From positions 1 through 36,304 of the forward strand of contig JACNJG010000051.1 of assembly GCA_014382685.1 (NCBI GenBank): a stretch of 36,304 nt of DNA. The letters are read 5' to 3'. The notes below the pieces were generated by a model that saw only the letters and a list, made by a program, of their open reading frames with translations, did no database searches and was not told the origin of the DNA. The stretch's first letter is position 1; every line of letters starts with the position of its first letter. Positions 10,201 through 21,672 of the stretch are shown here, piece after piece. The position numbers and the translations under genes are program-made. Source of the stretch: Candidatus Cloacimonadota bacterium. Its GTDB lineage: Bacteria > Cloacimonadota > Cloacimonadia > JGIOTU-2.

Positions 10201-11034
10201 AAAAATGCTCTTGATGAGAATGAAAATTACTTTAAGAAGCACAGGGATCGTATTAAATATGGAGATGAACTTCCATCAGGTGTGCTGAAGATGGTGAAAA
10301 TTTTCATCGGAAAGAAGCGACAGATTGAAGTGGGCGACAAAATGGCTGGACGCCATGGTAATAAAGGTGTGATTGCAAAAATCGCTCCCATTCAGGATAT
10401 GCCCTTTATTGAAGACGGAACTCCTGTGGATATTATTCTTAACCCTCTCGGTGTGCCTTCTCGTATGAATATTGGACAGATTCTTGAAACTCACCTTGGC
10501 TGGGCTGCCCAAGCTCTTGGATACAATGTAGAAACTCCGATATTTGACGGAGCGACAATTCAGGAAATCACCGATGAGCTGAAAAAAGCGAACTTAACTG
10601 AAGACGGAAAAGTTGTGCTTTATGATGGTAAAACCGGTGAAGCAATGCACGAACGGGTTACTGTAGGTGTTATTTACATGATGAAATTGAATCACCTTGT
10701 TGTTGATAAAATGCATGCTCGTTCAACCGGCCCCTATTCACTTGTAACTCAGCAACCGCTTGGTGGTAAAGCCCAGCATGGTGGTCAACGACTCGGAGAA
10801 ATGGAAGTCTGGGCATTAGAAGCTTATGGAGCATCTCGACTTCTTCAGGAAATGCTCACAGTAAAATCTGATGATGTTGATGGTCGAAATAAAACATATG
10901 AAGCTATAACAAAAGGTAAGGAATTACCTAAACCGGGTATTCCTGAATCCTTTAATGTACTGGCAAGTGAGTTGAGAAGTTTATGTTTGAATTTCGATCT
11001 GCTTTCAGAAAAATCTGAAAGTACAAATAGTTAA
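7225..11034 (+). CDS. rpoB: DNA-directed RNA polymerase subunit beta
   Basis: 1269 aa. Conserved blocks [25 protein letters not shown] (Rif region), [13 protein letters not shown], and [27 protein letters not shown]. Confidence 0.99.
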   Translation: [1269 protein letters not shown]

Positions 11035-11062
11035 GTAACACCCCCAAATATGAGGGTCATAC

Positions 11063-14000
11063 ATGATTAGAGAATTAAAAAGAGACAATGTCGTAAAAGA
11101 TTACGATTATGTAAGTATAAAGATTGCTTCTCCAGAGAAGATCCGTGACTGGTCTTACGGAGAGGTAACCAGACCTGAAACGATAAATTACAGAACGCTA
11201 AAGCCCGAAAAGGACGGCCTGTTCTGTGAAAGAATATTCGGACCTGAAAAAGACTATGAATGTTCATGTGGTAAGTATAAGAAATATCGTTTTAAAGGTT
11301 TGATCTGTGACCGTTGCGGCGTCGAGGTTACATCCTCAAAAGTTCGTCGTCAAAGAATGGGACATATAGAGCTTGCAGTACCAGTTGCTCACATCTGGTT
11401 TGTAAAACAAATGCCCAGTTCAATACAGTTGCTACTCGATCTCAAATCAAAAGAACTTGATCGAGTTCTTTATTATGAATCTTATATTGTTCTCAATCCC
11501 GGTGCTTCGGAATACAATGTTGGTGATGTTATCGATGAGGAATCCTATCAGCAGGCAAAAGAGAAATATCCTACAGGTTTTGAAGCAGAAATGGGCGCTG
11601 AACCTATCAGGCAGCTCCTCTCTGAAGTCGAGCTTAATGATGAAGTTGATAAACTGCGCACCTCGATAAAATTTGAAACCAAACAGGCAAAAATAAAACT
11701 TATTAAAAAACTGAAAATTGTCGATGCATTTTTAAATTCTGGTAACAGACCGGAATGGATGATCCTTGAGACAATTCCAGTCATGCCACCCGATCTTAGA
11801 CCCATTGTGTATCTCGAGGGTGGAAGTTTTGCAACTGCCGATATCAACGATCTTTATAGAAGAGTTATTACAAGAAATAATCGGCTGAAAGCACTCATTG
11901 AAGGACATGCTCCTGAGGTGATTCTTCGTAATGAAAAGAGAATTCTCCAGGAAGCAGTTGATGCACTTTTGGATAATAGTAGAAAATCCAGACCCGTAAA
12001 GGGCAGAGGAAATAGACCTCTCAAATCATTAAGCGATCAACTTAAAGGGAAAAAGGGTCGATTTAGACAAAATCTTCTCGGAAAACGTGTTGATTATTCG
12101 GGACGTTCCGTTATTGTCATTGGACCTGATCTGCAGCTCAATCAGTGTGGATTACCCAAGAAAATGGCTCTGGAACTTTTCAAGCCTTATATCATTGAAA
12201 GAATAGAAAAGTTTGAAGGTGTCACCACGACCAAGCAGGCAAAACGCCTCATGGAAGAGAAGAAACCGGAAGTTTGGAAGATTCTCGAAGAAGTGATAAA
12301 GGATTATCCTGTTCTTCTGAATAGAGCTCCTACGCTTCATAGGTTGAGTATGCAGGCATTTCTCCCCGTGCTTATTGAAGAAAAAGCTATTCAACTGCAT
12401 CCACTCCTGTGTTATCCCTTCAATGCTGACTTTGATGGTGACCAGATGGCTGTGCATATTCCTCTTTCTGGGGAAGCTCAAATGGAAGCTCGTGTGCTGA
12501 TGACCCCAGTTAACAATATTCTCTCACCTGCGAACGGAAAACCGGTGCTTATGGCAAGTCAGGATATCGTACTCGGTGTGTATTTCCTTACTACTGCAAC
12601 TTCTGAAGAACCTGAGGATGTAAAAGAACTTTCCAAATTTAATTCAACTGAAGAAGTGCTTCTCGCTTATGAACTTCAGGGAACGAAATCCTATCAGAAG
12701 TATGAAAATAAAGAAGAAGATACTGGTTTGCATATTCACTCATGGATCGAATACAAATGCCCCGGATCAGGAAAGCGTATAGTCACTACTGTCGGGAGAG
12801 TTATCTTTAATCAAATCATTCCCGAAGATATTAGTTTTAAAAATTATAATTTTGATAAAGGTAAAATAAATCAGCTTACTTATGAAGTTTATAAAAAATA
12901 TGGCGCTGAACGTACTGCATATTATCTCGATGATCTGAAAAATATCGGTTTTGAATTTGCAACGAAATCAGGAACAACTTTTGGGATGGCTGATGTTATT
13001 GTTCCAAAAGAAAAAGCGAGCATTCTTGAACATTCCGAGGATGTGGTTTTGGAGATTCAGGAAGAATATAATACTGGTATTATTACAGAAAGTGAGCGCT
13101 ATGACCGTTTGATCGACCAGTGGAAGATCGCAACTGAAGAAATTACTGATAAAATGATGGAAGAACTCAAGCTTGATAGACATGGATTCAATCCTATATG
13201 GATCATGGTAGTATCAGGTGCGCGTGGTGGAAGAGATCAGATCAAGCAGCTCGGTGCTATGAGAGGTTTGATGGAAAAACCTTCCCGAAAACTTACCGGC
13301 GAAATGGGTGAGATCATAGAAAATCCTATTAAATCTAACTTCAAAGAAGGTTTGACAATTCTGGAATATTTCATATCAACACATGGTGCAAGAAAAGGGT
13401 TGGCTGATACTGCACTAAAAACCGCTGATGCCGGGTATCTTACTCGCCGTTTGGTCGATGTTGCACAATCGGTCGTTATCTCGCAATATGATTGTGGTAC
13501 TATGCAGGGTGTCGATATGACCGCACTCAAAGAAGGTAATAAGACAATTGAACCTTTGAGTTATCGAATTACGGGACGTACTGCTGTCGAAGAAGTTGTC
13601 GATCCTGTAAGCGGAGAAATAATTGTTGAGGCCGGTGAGACGATTTCAGATGAAAAAGCAAACCTAATTCAAAAGCATGGTATCCAAAAGGTTAGAATTC
13701 GTTCGGTGCTGACCTGTGAAGCAGATAAAGGTATCTGTGCAAAATGCTATGGAAGAAATCTATCTACAGGAAAACCTGCAACAATTGGTGAACCTGTCGG
13801 TGTGATCGCAGCGCAGAGTATCGGTGAGCCCGGAACTCAGCTTACGCTTCGTACTTTCCATATTGGTGGTGCAGCAAGTACTCTGGTGGAAGAAGCAGAA
13901 GTTAATGCAGAAAAAGATGGTATCGTTAAATATTATAAAATAAAATTCGAAGTAAATAGAGATGGACAGAAGATCGCATCAAGTTATCAGGGGAAAATTA

Positions 14001-15217
14001 GAATTATTGATCCTGAATCAAAAGAAGTACTCAGTATTTATAAAGTTGAGTATGGTGCAACTATTTATGTCTCAGAAGGACAGAAAGTAGTAAAAGATAC
14101 TCTTTTGTTCAGTTGGGATAACTACAATACACCGTTGATTTCTACTGCAGAAGGAACTGTGTACTATGACGATTTTATAACTGATGAAACATATAAAACA
14201 GAATTCAATGAACTGACCGGACGAACAGAGATCACAATTCTTGAATCAAGAGATGTCGGTAAACAGGCAACACTCATCATTGAAACAGATAAAAAGAAGA
14301 AAATTAGAGTACCTTTACCTGCCGGGCTTAATCTTGAAGTCGAAGAAGGATCACGAGTATTTCCAGGAGAAATTCTTGGTAAAACCTCCCGTGTGACAGT
14401 GAAACAGAGAGATATCACAGGTGGTCTGCCGCGTGTGGTAGAACTATTTGAAGCTCGCTCTCCTTCAAGCAAAGCAGTTATTACTGAAATCGATGGTGTG
14501 GTCAAGATCGGTAAACTAACACGCCTTGGAAGAAAAGTTACTATTTCTTCTGAAGCATCAGGAATTGAAAAGGACTATACCATTCCTTATGGAAGAAGAA
14601 TTATTGTACATGAAGGTGATGTTATAGAGAATGGCGATCCGTTATCAGATGGACCACTCGACCCTCATGATATTCTTACTGCAAGAGGTGTGGTCGCGAC
14701 ACAGGAATTCATTACAAATGAAATTCTGGAAATTTACCGTAAACAAGGTGTGGATATCAATGACAAACACATTCGTGTGATCGTTCGCCAGATGATGCAG
14801 AAAGTGAAAATACTCGATCCGGGTGATACAATTTTTCTTGAAGGTGAGATCGTTGATAAGATTCATGTGAAGAAGGTGAATATCCAGGCTGAACAGGACG
14901 GCGGCAAGGTCGCGACATTTGAACAGCTTCTCATGGGTATTACAAAATCTGCCCTGATCACTGATAGCTTCATTTCTGCAGCTTCATTCCAGAATACCAC
15001 AAAGGTGCTAACTGAAGCTGCAGTGTACGGAAAAGTGGATACACTGGAAGGACTCAAGGAGAGTGTGATAATCGGTCATAGAATTCCTGCAGGAACAGGT
15101 ACAAAATATTGGCGCAAGATGGTACAAGATGCTCTTGATGAAGAATTGAGTTTAGAGAAAACGGTGAAAAAAATATTTAAAAAAGAAGAAATAAACATAC
15201 AAGAACAGGAGGCGTAA
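11063..15217 (+). CDS. rpoC: DNA-directed RNA polymerase subunit beta'
   Basis: 1384 aa. Zn finger [20 protein letters not shown], catalytic [12 protein letters not shown], trigger-loop halves [19 protein letters not shown] and [16 protein letters not shown] separated by about 177 aa. Confidence 0.99.
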   Translation: MIRELKRDNVVKDYDYVSIKIASPEKIRDWSYGEVTRPETINYRTLKPEKDGLFCERIFGPEKDYECSCGKYKKYRFKGLICDRCGVEVTSSKVRRQRMGHIELAVPVAHIWFVKQMPSSIQLLLDLKSKELDRVLYYESYIVLNPGASEYNVGDVIDEESYQQAKEKYPTGFEAEMGAEPIRQLLSEVELNDEVDKLRTSIKFETKQAKIKLIKKLKIVDAFLNSGNRPEWMILETIPVMPPDLRPIVYLEGGSFATADINDLYRRVITRNNRLKALIEGHAPEVILRNEKRILQEAVDALLDNSRKSRPVKGRGNRPLKSLSDQLKGKKGRFRQNLLGKRVDYSGRSVIVIGPDLQLNQCGLPKKMALELFKPYIIERIEKFEGVTTTKQAKRLMEEKKPEVWKILEEVIKDYPVLLNRAPTLHRLSMQAFLPVLIEEKAIQLHPLLCYPFNADFDGDQMAVHIPLSGEAQMEARVLMTPVNNILSPANGKPVLMASQDIVLGVYFLTTATSEEPEDVKELSKFNSTEEVLLAYELQGTKSYQKYENKEEDTGLHIHSWIEYKCPGSGKRIVTTVGRVIFNQIIPEDISFKNYNFDKGKINQLTYEVYKKYGAERTAYYLDDLKNIGFEFATKSGTTFGMADVIVPKEKASILEHSEDVVLEIQEEYNTGIITESERYDRLIDQWKIATEEITDKMMEELKLDRHGFNPIWIMVVSGARGGRDQIKQLGAMRGLMEKPSRKLTGEMGEIIENPIKSNFKEGLTILEYFISTHGARKGLADTALKTADAGYLTRRLVDVAQSVVISQYDCGTMQGVDMTALKEGNKTIEPLSYRITGRTAVEEVVDPVSGEIIVEAGETISDEKANLIQKHGIQKVRIRSVLTCEADKGICAKCYGRNLSTGKPATIGEPVGVIAAQSIGEPGTQLTLRTFHIGGAASTLVEEAEVNAEKDGIVKYYKIKFEVNRDGQKIASSYQGKIRIIDPESKEVLSIYKVEYGATIYVSEGQKVVKDTLLFSWDNYNTPLISTAEGTVYYDDFITDETYKTEFNELTGRTEITILESRDVGKQATLIIETDKKKKIRVPLPAGLNLEVEEGSRVFPGEILGKTSRVTVKQRDITGGLPRVVELFEARSPSSKAVITEIDGVVKIGKLTRLGRKVTISSEASGIEKDYTIPYGRRIIVHEGDVIENGDPLSDGPLDPHDILTARGVVATQEFITNEILEIYRKQGVDINDKHIRVIVRQMMQKVKILDPGDTIFLEGEIVDKIHVKKVNIQAEQDGGKVATFEQLLMGITKSALITDSFISAASFQNTTKVLTEAAVYGKVDTLEGLKESVIIGHRIPAGTGTKYWRKMVQDALDEELSLEKTVKKIFKKEEINIQEQEA

Positions 15218-15598
15218 GTGCCTACAATTTCACAACTTATCAGAAAGGGCAGACAGAAACAGAAGAAAGCCAAAAAGAATAAGGCATTGCAGGGTTGTCC
15301 TCAAAAAAGAGGTGTGTGTACAAGAGTGTATACAACAACTCCTAAAAAGCCCAACTCTGCGCTGCGTAAAGTTGCCCGTGTGCGTCTTTCAAATGGAATT
15401 GAAGTAACAAGCTATATTCCAGGCGAAGGTCACAATTTGCAGGAACACTCCATTGTCTTGATAAGAGGTGGTCGCGTAAAAGATTTACCTGGTGTGCGTT
15501 ACCACGTTATTCGCGGAACTCTCGATGCAAGCGGGGTGGACAGCAGAAAGAAAAGCCGTTCCAAATATGGAACAAAGAAAACCAAGAAATTAGGATAG
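15218..15598 (+). CDS. rpsL: 30S ribosomal protein S12
   Basis: GTG start directly after the rpoC TAA stop. [13 protein letters not shown]..., [16 protein letters not shown] signature. AGGAGG sits 6 nt upstream, inside the rpoC 3' end. Confidence 0.98.
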   Translation: MPTISQLIRKGRQKQKKAKKNKALQGCPQKRGVCTRVYTTTPKKPNSALRKVARVRLSNGIEVTSYIPGEGHNLQEHSIVLIRGGRVKDLPGVRYHVIRGTLDASGVDSRKKSRSKYGTKKTKKLG

Positions 15599-15607
15599 TG
15601 GGTTTAA

Positions 15608-16078
15608 ATGTCTAGAAGAAAAAGAGCTCAAAAAAGACAAATACTTCCTGATCCAAAATATGGTGATATCATCGTTGCAAAATTCATAAATCAATTGATG
15701 ATGCGCGGTAAGAAGAGTCTTGCTGAACGCAAATTTTATCACGCTTTGGAGATCATAGAGAAGAAGACGCAGGAAGATCCGATAAAAGTTTTTAAGCAGG
15801 CGCTTGATAACGTGAAGCCCAGAGTTGAAGTAAAAACTCGCAGAATCGGTGGTGCAAACTACCAGGTTCCTATGGAAGTCAGCAGAGAAAGACAGCAAAC
15901 ACTTGCTTTCAGATGGATCGTTAATTTTGCTCGTAAACGCCATGAAAAGACTATTGATGAGAAGTTGGCTGGTGAATTTATCGCTGCATACAACAACGAA
16001 GGTTCATCGATCAAGAAGCGTGAAGAAGTCTGGAGAATGGCAGAAGCAAACAAAGCATTTGCACATTTTAGAATCTAA
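15608..16078 (+). CDS. rpsG: 30S ribosomal protein S7
   Basis: [21 protein letters not shown]-terminus, [13 protein letters not shown] motif; 156 aa. Confidence 0.98.
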   Translation: MSRRKRAQKRQILPDPKYGDIIVAKFINQLMMRGKKSLAERKFYHALEIIEKKTQEDPIKVFKQALDNVKPRVEVKTRRIGGANYQVPMEVSRERQQTLAFRWIVNFARKRHEKTIDEKLAGEFIAAYNNEGSSIKKREEVWRMAEANKAFAHFRI

Positions 16079-16080
16079 CA

Positions 16081-18195
16081 ATGCAACAAAAACACTATGC
16101 CTTGGAAAATATCCGCAATATCGGGCTAATCGCTCATATTGATGCAGGAAAGACGACCGTCACTGAACGGATCCTTTTCTACACAGGTATAGTGCACCAA
16201 ATGGGAGAAGTACACGAAGGTACAGCAACAATGGATTGGATGGTTCAGGAAAAAGAACGCGGCATAACGATCACATCCGCAGCTATAACATGTTTCTGGA
16301 AGGATAATAGGATCAATATTATCGATACCCCCGGACATATTGATTTTACTGTTGAAGTGGAGCGTTCATTGCGTGTTCTTGACGGTGCTGTGGTAATTTT
16401 CTGCGGTGTAGGAGGTGTGGAACCTCAATCTGAAACCGTATGGCATCAGGCAGACAGATATCATGTTCCAAGAATTGCATTCATTAACAAGTTGGACCGG
16501 ATAGGCGCTGATTTTGATTATGCAGTGAAATCGATCAGAACAAAACTTCAACCCAATGCAGTTCCTGTACAGCTTCCCATCATATATCAAGATGAATTCA
16601 TCGGCATTGTCAGTCTGGTAAATCAAAATGCTTATATCTATGATAAAGACGACGTAGGTTTGGAATTTTCAACCGTATCACTCGATGATGAAAGAATTTC
16701 CCCTGAGCTGATCGAGAATATTGCCAAAAGCAGAACAAAACTCATTGAAAAATTAGCGGAATTCGATGAAGTACTTCTTCAAAAGTACATTGATGAAGAA
16801 GAAATTACAGAAGAGGATATTGATGAATCTTTAAGAAAAGTTACCTTATCCTGCGAATTCGTGCCGATTCTTTGTGGTGCAGCACTCAGAAATAGAGGAA
16901 TTCAACCTCTCATCGATGCAATTGTGAAATACCTTCCGTCACCTATAGATGTTCCCGAAGTCAATGGTGTTGATCCGAGAACAGGTGAGGAAAAGAAAAT
17001 CAAAGTTGATGAAGCATTACCATTTTCTTCACTTGCTTTCAAAATACAGGTGAATCCCTATGTGGGAAAGCTAACGTATCTTAGAGCATATTCCGGTAAA
17101 ATAAACAAAGGTGATCATGTGCTGAATGTCAATACAGGCAAAAAGGAAAGAATTACACGTATCATGCACATGCATGCAAACAAATCGGTTAATGTGGACA
17201 GCATTAGTGCTGGTGAGATTTCCGCAGTAGCAGGTCTGAATGAAACGGTTTCCGGTGACAGCATTACTGCATTGCACAATCCCGTATTGCTTGAACGTAT
17301 CAACTTTGCTGATCCTGTGATGTCGGTTGCTATTGAGCCCAAAACAAAAGACGATCAGGAAAATCTAAAAGATACACTGCCACGTCTCCTTGAAGAGGAT
17401 CCCACCTATATTATTACCGAAGATAAAGATACAGGACAGACACTCATTTACGGAATGGGTGAACTGCACCTTGATATCCTCGTTGATAGATTAAAACGGG
17501 AATTCAAGATCAGTGTAAATGTGGGTAAACCTCGAGTAAATTACAAAGAAACTATCATCAGTGAATCTGATGGCGAAGCAAAGCTCGAAAGAAACATTGG
17601 TGGTCATGGACAATTTGCAAAAGTGAAACTGCATATTGAACCTTATAGCATCAAGTTGGAAGATTCCAAACATAAGATACCGATCGAGAATAAATCATCT
17701 GAAGAAGAAATTCCGAAGGATTTTGTTCAGGCAGTGAAAAACGGTATCCTGGAATCTGCATTGAGTGGTCCTCTTACCGGGAACAGAATGGAAAACATAA
17801 AAGTACTCATCACAGGTGGTTCATTCAGTCCTGTTGATTCATCAGAAATTGCATTCAAAATTGCAGGTTCAATGGCGTTTTCACAAGCACTTCGGCATGC
17901 TAAATTTGCTTTGCTTGAGCCAATTATGAACATCACTATTATTACGCCTGAAGTGTATATGGGCAATGTGATAAACGATCTTAACAGCCGTCGTGGCAAG
18001 ATATTAGAAGTTAAAGACAAAGATTCAATAAAAATATTAAGTGGCTTGGTACCATTAAGTGAAACTTTTGGATATACTACTGCTCTTCGTTCTGCATCTC
18101 AAGGAAGAGCATCCTATTCTATGGAATTCAAAGAGTATGAAATGGTTCCGGAAAATATTTCAAATCAAATTATAAACAAAATGCGCGGTTATTAG
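16081..18195 (+). CDS. fusA: Elongation factor G
   Basis: G1 [10 protein letters not shown]3 DTPGH, G4 NKLD; 704 aa. Domain IV/V blocks ([16 protein letters not shown]). Confidence 0.98.
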   Translation: MQQKHYALENIRNIGLIAHIDAGKTTVTERILFYTGIVHQMGEVHEGTATMDWMVQEKERGITITSAAITCFWKDNRINIIDTPGHIDFTVEVERSLRVLDGAVVIFCGVGGVEPQSETVWHQADRYHVPRIAFINKLDRIGADFDYAVKSIRTKLQPNAVPVQLPIIYQDEFIGIVSLVNQNAYIYDKDDVGLEFSTVSLDDERISPELIENIAKSRTKLIEKLAEFDEVLLQKYIDEEEITEEDIDESLRKVTLSCEFVPILCGAALRNRGIQPLIDAIVKYLPSPIDVPEVNGVDPRTGEEKKIKVDEALPFSSLAFKIQVNPYVGKLTYLRAYSGKINKGDHVLNVNTGKKERITRIMHMHANKSVNVDSISAGEISAVAGLNETVSGDSITALHNPVLLERINFADPVMSVAIEPKTKDDQENLKDTLPRLLEEDPTYIITEDKDTGQTLIYGMGELHLDILVDRLKREFKISVNVGKPRVNYKETIISESDGEAKLERNIGGHGQFAKVKLHIEPYSIKLEDSKHKIPIENKSSEEEIPKDFVQAVKNGILESALSGPLTGNRMENIKVLITGGSFSPVDSSEIAFKIAGSMAFSQALRHAKFALLEPIMNITIITPEVYMGNVINDLNSRRGKILEVKDKDSIKILSGLVPLSETFGYTTALRSASQGRASYSMEFKEYEMVPENISNQIINKMRGY

Positions 18196-18207
18196 AATTG
18201 AGGAGAT

Positions 18208-18510
18208 ATGAATAAGATAAGAATCAAATTAAAGGCGTATGATCATTTTCTCTTGGATAAGTCTGTTGTAGAGATCATAAGAAACACAAAAGGAACCGGG
18301 GCTAAGATCATCGGTCCTATTCCGCTTCCTACCAGACGCAGGATCTACACGGTGTTGCGTTCACCCCATGTTGATAAAAAATCTCGCGAGCAATTCGAAA
18401 TGAAGATTTATAAGAGAATTATTGACATAGAAAACCCAACCCCAAAAACAACGAATGCAATCAAGAATTTGAACATACCTGCTGGTGTTCATATAGAAAT
18501 CAAAACCTAA
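18208..18510 (+). CDS. rpsJ: 30S ribosomal protein S10
   Basis: [16 protein letters not shown]..., [29 protein letters not shown] signature; 100 aa. Confidence 0.98.
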   Translation: MNKIRIKLKAYDHFLLDKSVVEIIRNTKGTGAKIIGPIPLPTRRRIYTVLRSPHVDKKSREQFEMKIYKRIIDIENPTPKTTNAIKNLNIPAGVHIEIKT

Positions 18511-18544
18511 ACTATATTTAAATATAAATTTTTAGGAGAAAAAA

Positions 18545-19174
18545 ATGTTAGGCATAATTGGTAAAAAAATTGGAATGACTCGATTATTCACAGAAAATGG
18601 TGACTCCGTTGCTGTGACACTTATTGAAGCGGGTCCCTGTACTGTTACCAGTCATAAAACCAACGAGAAAGATAATTATTGTGCGCTTCAACTTGGATTT
18701 CAGGAAGTTCCTGAGAAAAAACTCACTAAACCTCAGGTGGGACATTTCAAGAAAAACAATGTCTCACTTTTCAAGATCATGAAAGAGTTTAGAGTAAATG
18801 AAGAAGTTATGAATGATTTTTCTCCTGGTGCAGAAGTGAAAGTGGATATTTTTAATCCAAGAGATAAAATTCATGTGACTGGAATATCAAAAGGAAAGGG
18901 CTTTGCTGGTGTAATCAAACGCCATAATTTTCATGGAAAAAGCAGAACTCATGGAACCCATGAGAGCTTTCGCGGAACAGGTTCTATTGGTATGTGTGCT
19001 TCACCCTCGAAAGTTCAACGAGGAAAAAAAATGCCAGGTCAATATGGTAATGGACAGGTAACTGTACGTAATCTCACTGTATATAAGATCGATGGAGAGA
19101 GAAATCTTCTTATGGTAAGAGGAGCGATCCCAGGTCATAGAAACAGTATTGTAATGATTCAAAAAACTAAATAA
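18545..19174 (+). CDS. rplC: 50S ribosomal protein L3
   Basis: MLGIIGKKIGMTRLF N-terminus, GISKGKGFAGVIKRHNF motif; 209 aa. Confidence 0.98.
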   Translation: MLGIIGKKIGMTRLFTENGDSVAVTLIEAGPCTVTSHKTNEKDNYCALQLGFQEVPEKKLTKPQVGHFKKNNVSLFKIMKEFRVNEEVMNDFSPGAEVKVDIFNPRDKIHVTGISKGKGFAGVIKRHNFHGKSRTHGTHESFRGTGSIGMCASPSKVQRGKKMPGQYGNGQVTVRNLTVYKIDGERNLLMVRGAIPGHRNSIVMIQKTK

Positions 19175-19185
19175 AAGGTTTTGTT

Positions 19186-19803
19186 ATGGAAGCAATAAAG
19201 TATTCAAAAACAGGTGAAGAAATTGGAAAAGTTACTTTGCCGGAACATCTATTTGATACGGAAGTGAACAAGGCAGTTCTTCATGAAGTGATCACACTTT
19301 TCAAGCAGAATCAGCGCTTGGGAACAGCTTGTGTCAAAGGACGCTCTGATGTGCATGGTTCCACACGAAAATTATATCGTCAAAAGGGAACCGGTAGATC
19401 CAGGGCAGGTAGTAAAAAAAGCCCCATAAGAGTCGGCGGTGGCGTAGCATTCGGACCTCGACCAAAGGATTGGCATGTAACCATTCCAAAGAAGAAAAAG
19501 AGAATTGCATTGAAATCAGCACTCAGCAGTAAAAAAGATCATATCGCAGTCATTGAAGATTTAGTGATGGAAAAACCCAGTGCAAAAACTGCTATAGATA
19601 TCCTGAATACAACAAAAATACTTTTTCAGCGCTGCTTGTTCGTGATGTCGGATAATGAGCCCAATTTAGTCCGTTCACTGAGAAATATCAAGAATGTTTC
19701 CAGTATTCGTGCTGAGGATTTAAATGCTCATGCTATCCTTCATGCAAGTGATATGATCATAACTGAAAAGGCATTGGAGAAAATGGTAGAGGTATTCAAA
19801 TGA
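19186..19803 (+). CDS. rplD: 50S ribosomal protein L4
   Basis: RQKGTGRSRAGSKKSPIRVGGGVAFGPRPKDW signature; S10-block order. Confidence 0.97.
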   Translation: MEAIKYSKTGEEIGKVTLPEHLFDTEVNKAVLHEVITLFKQNQRLGTACVKGRSDVHGSTRKLYRQKGTGRSRAGSKKSPIRVGGGVAFGPRPKDWHVTIPKKKKRIALKSALSSKKDHIAVIEDLVMEKPSAKTAIDILNTTKILFQRCLFVMSDNEPNLVRSLRNIKNVSSIRAEDLNAHAILHASDMIITEKALEKMVEVFK

Positions 19804-20096
19804 ACAAAGATCCAAGACAAATTATTTTGCATCCGATGATAACTGAAAAAGGAACTCATATTCAGGAAGAAGCTGGTGGATATTTATTCAAAGTGCGCCT
19901 TGATGCAAATAAGATAGAAATACGGAACGCTATACAAGAAATTTTTCAGGTACATGTTCGCAAGGTAAATACTATAAATTGCAAGGGTAAGCCGAAGAAT
20001 CTTGGCCGCTATCAAGGCAGAAGATCTGACTGGAAAAAAGCCATTGTATATCTTGTAAAAGGTGAATCTATAAGCGAATTTGAAGTGATGCAGTAA
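19800..20096 (+). CDS. rplW: 50S ribosomal protein L23
   Basis: ILHPMITEKGT..., FKVRLDANKIEIRNAIQEIF motifs; ATGA overlap with rplD; 98 aa. Confidence 0.95.
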   Translation: MNKDPRQIILHPMITEKGTHIQEEAGGYLFKVRLDANKIEIRNAIQEIFQVHVRKVNTINCKGKPKNLGRYQGRRSDWKKAIVYLVKGESISEFEVMQ

Positions 20097-20182
20097 AAAA
20101 TGTTTTCCACTTCTCGTTTTAATTGACATAAAATATTAACTGTTAGGTTTTTACACCTATTCCCAAAATGGAGATGTAATTC

Positions 20183-21013
20183 ATGGCAATAAAGAAATAT
20201 AAGCCCATAACACCCGCTAGACGGTGTTATACGGGTTACTCCTTTGATGAGATCACAAAGGTTAAACCCGAGAAATCTCTGGTTGAGCCGGCAAAGAAAA
20301 ATGCTGGAAGAAATAATCAGGGAAGAATTACTATTCGTCATCGTGGTGGTGGTCATAAACGGTTTTATAGAATAATAGATTTTAAGAGACATGATAAGAA
20401 AGGGATCGAAGCCAGAGTGCATTCAATCGAGTATGATCCCAACCGTTCGGCACGAATTGCATTGCTTTACTATAATGATGGTGAAAAGCGTTACATTATT
20501 GCACCTGACAAACTGCAGGTAAATGATGTTGTTATGATCGGTGAAAATGTTGAGATAAAGCCAGGGAATGCCCTTCCAATAAGGAAAATCCCGATTGGTA
20601 CAATGATCCACAATATAGAATTCAAGCCCGGTCGAGGCGCTCAGATCGCACGCAGTGCAGGTGTCAATGCAGAAGTTGTTGCCAAAGAAGGTGGTTATGG
20701 TCATATAAAAATGCCTTCAGGCACAATTCAGCTTCTTCGTTCAGACTGCTATGCGACAATAGGACAGGTCAGCAATATTGATCATTCCAAGATTTCTTAT
20801 GGTAAAGCAGGCAGAAAACGCTGGCTTGGACGTCGTCCTCATGTAAGAGGTGTTGCCATGAACCCTGTTGACCATCCAATGGGTGGAGGTGAAGGAAAAT
20901 CTTCAGGAGGACGGCATCCTTGTTCTCCGTGGGGTACTCTCGCAAAGGGATTCAAAACCAGAAAGAAAAAGAAATATTCTGATCCCTATGTGATTAAGAA
21001 GAAACGTAAATAA
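20183..21013 (+). CDS. rplB: 50S ribosomal protein L2
   Basis: [15 protein letters not shown]-terminus, [30 protein letters not shown] signature; 276 aa. Confidence 0.99.
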   Translation: MAIKKYKPITPARRCYTGYSFDEITKVKPEKSLVEPAKKNAGRNNQGRITIRHRGGGHKRFYRIIDFKRHDKKGIEARVHSIEYDPNRSARIALLYYNDGEKRYIIAPDKLQVNDVVMIGENVEIKPGNALPIRKIPIGTMIHNIEFKPGRGAQIARSAGVNAEVVAKEGGYGHIKMPSGTIQLLRSDCYATIGQVSNIDHSKISYGKAGRKRWLGRRPHVRGVAMNPVDHPMGGGEGKSSGGRHPCSPWGTLAKGFKTRKKKKYSDPYVIKKKRK

Positions 21014-21029
21014 GCGGAGGATTTTTTTA

Positions 21030-21317
21030 ATGGCAAGATCACTCAAAAAAGGTCCTTTTTACGATGAGCATCTGATGCTTAAAGTAGAAAAGTTGAATGA
21101 GCAGAATAAAAAACAGGTTATCAAGACCTGGTCCCGTCGTTCTACTGTTATGCCCGAATTCGTTGGTCATACATTTGCAGTTCATAACGGTAAAAAGTTC
21201 GTACCCGTCTTTGTAACAGAATCGATGGTCGGACATAAGCTTGGAGAATTCTCTCCTACCAGAACGTTCCGTGGACATAAGGACAAGAAAGAAAAACTTG
21301 CAAGGAAACGTGGTTAA
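21030..21317 (+). CDS. rpsS: 30S ribosomal protein S19
   Basis: [53 protein letters not shown] signature. Confidence 0.98.
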   Translation: MARSLKKGPFYDEHLMLKVEKLNEQNKKQVIKTWSRRSTVMPEFVGHTFAVHNGKKFVPVFVTESMVGHKLGEFSPTRTFRGHKDKKEKLARKRG

Positions 21318-21319
21318 TT

Positions 21320-21664
21320 ATGGAAGCGATTGCGCGAATTAAAAATCAAAAAGGTTCACCAAGAAAAGTACGTCTTGTAGCAGATTTGATTCGTAATAAA
21401 CGGGTTGACGATGCAAGAGATATCCTGAATTTCTCAAAGAAACGTGCTGCACGCAGTATCCTTAAAATACTCGATTCTGCTGTGGCAAATGCTGCAACAA
21501 AATCAGGTAAAGTCGAAATTGATAAATTATATATAAATAAGATCACCGTGGATGAGGGCATCACAATGAAACGCTGGCGTTCTCGTGCAATGGGTCGAGC
21601 TGATATGATTTTCAAAAGAACTCATCATATTGCTTTATCCGTAACAGATAACGTGGAAGATTAG
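21320..21664 (+). CDS. rplV: 50S ribosomal protein L22
   Basis: SPRKVRLVADLIRNKRVDDARDIL and RWRSRAMGRADMIFKRTHHI motifs; 114 aa. Confidence 0.97.
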   Translation: MEAIARIKNQKGSPRKVRLVADLIRNKRVDDARDILNFSKKRAARSILKILDSAVANAATKSGKVEIDKLYINKITVDEGITMKRWRSRAMGRADMIFKRTHHIALSVTDNVED

Positions 21665-21672
21665 GAGGCACA

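Noticed and set aside
15849-16142. 97-aa alternative-frame ORF across the rpsG/fusA junction
   Set aside because: Out of frame with two highly conserved genes.
20124-20129. TTGACA in the rplW-rplB spacer as an internal promoter
   Set aside because: No acceptable -10 at 16-18 nt. A single hexamer is expected by chance.
20012-20422. 136-aa minus-strand ORF spanning the rplW-rplB gap
   Set aside because: Most of it is antisense to rplW and rplB, with no motif or ribosome-binding site. It does not explain the 86-nt spacer.
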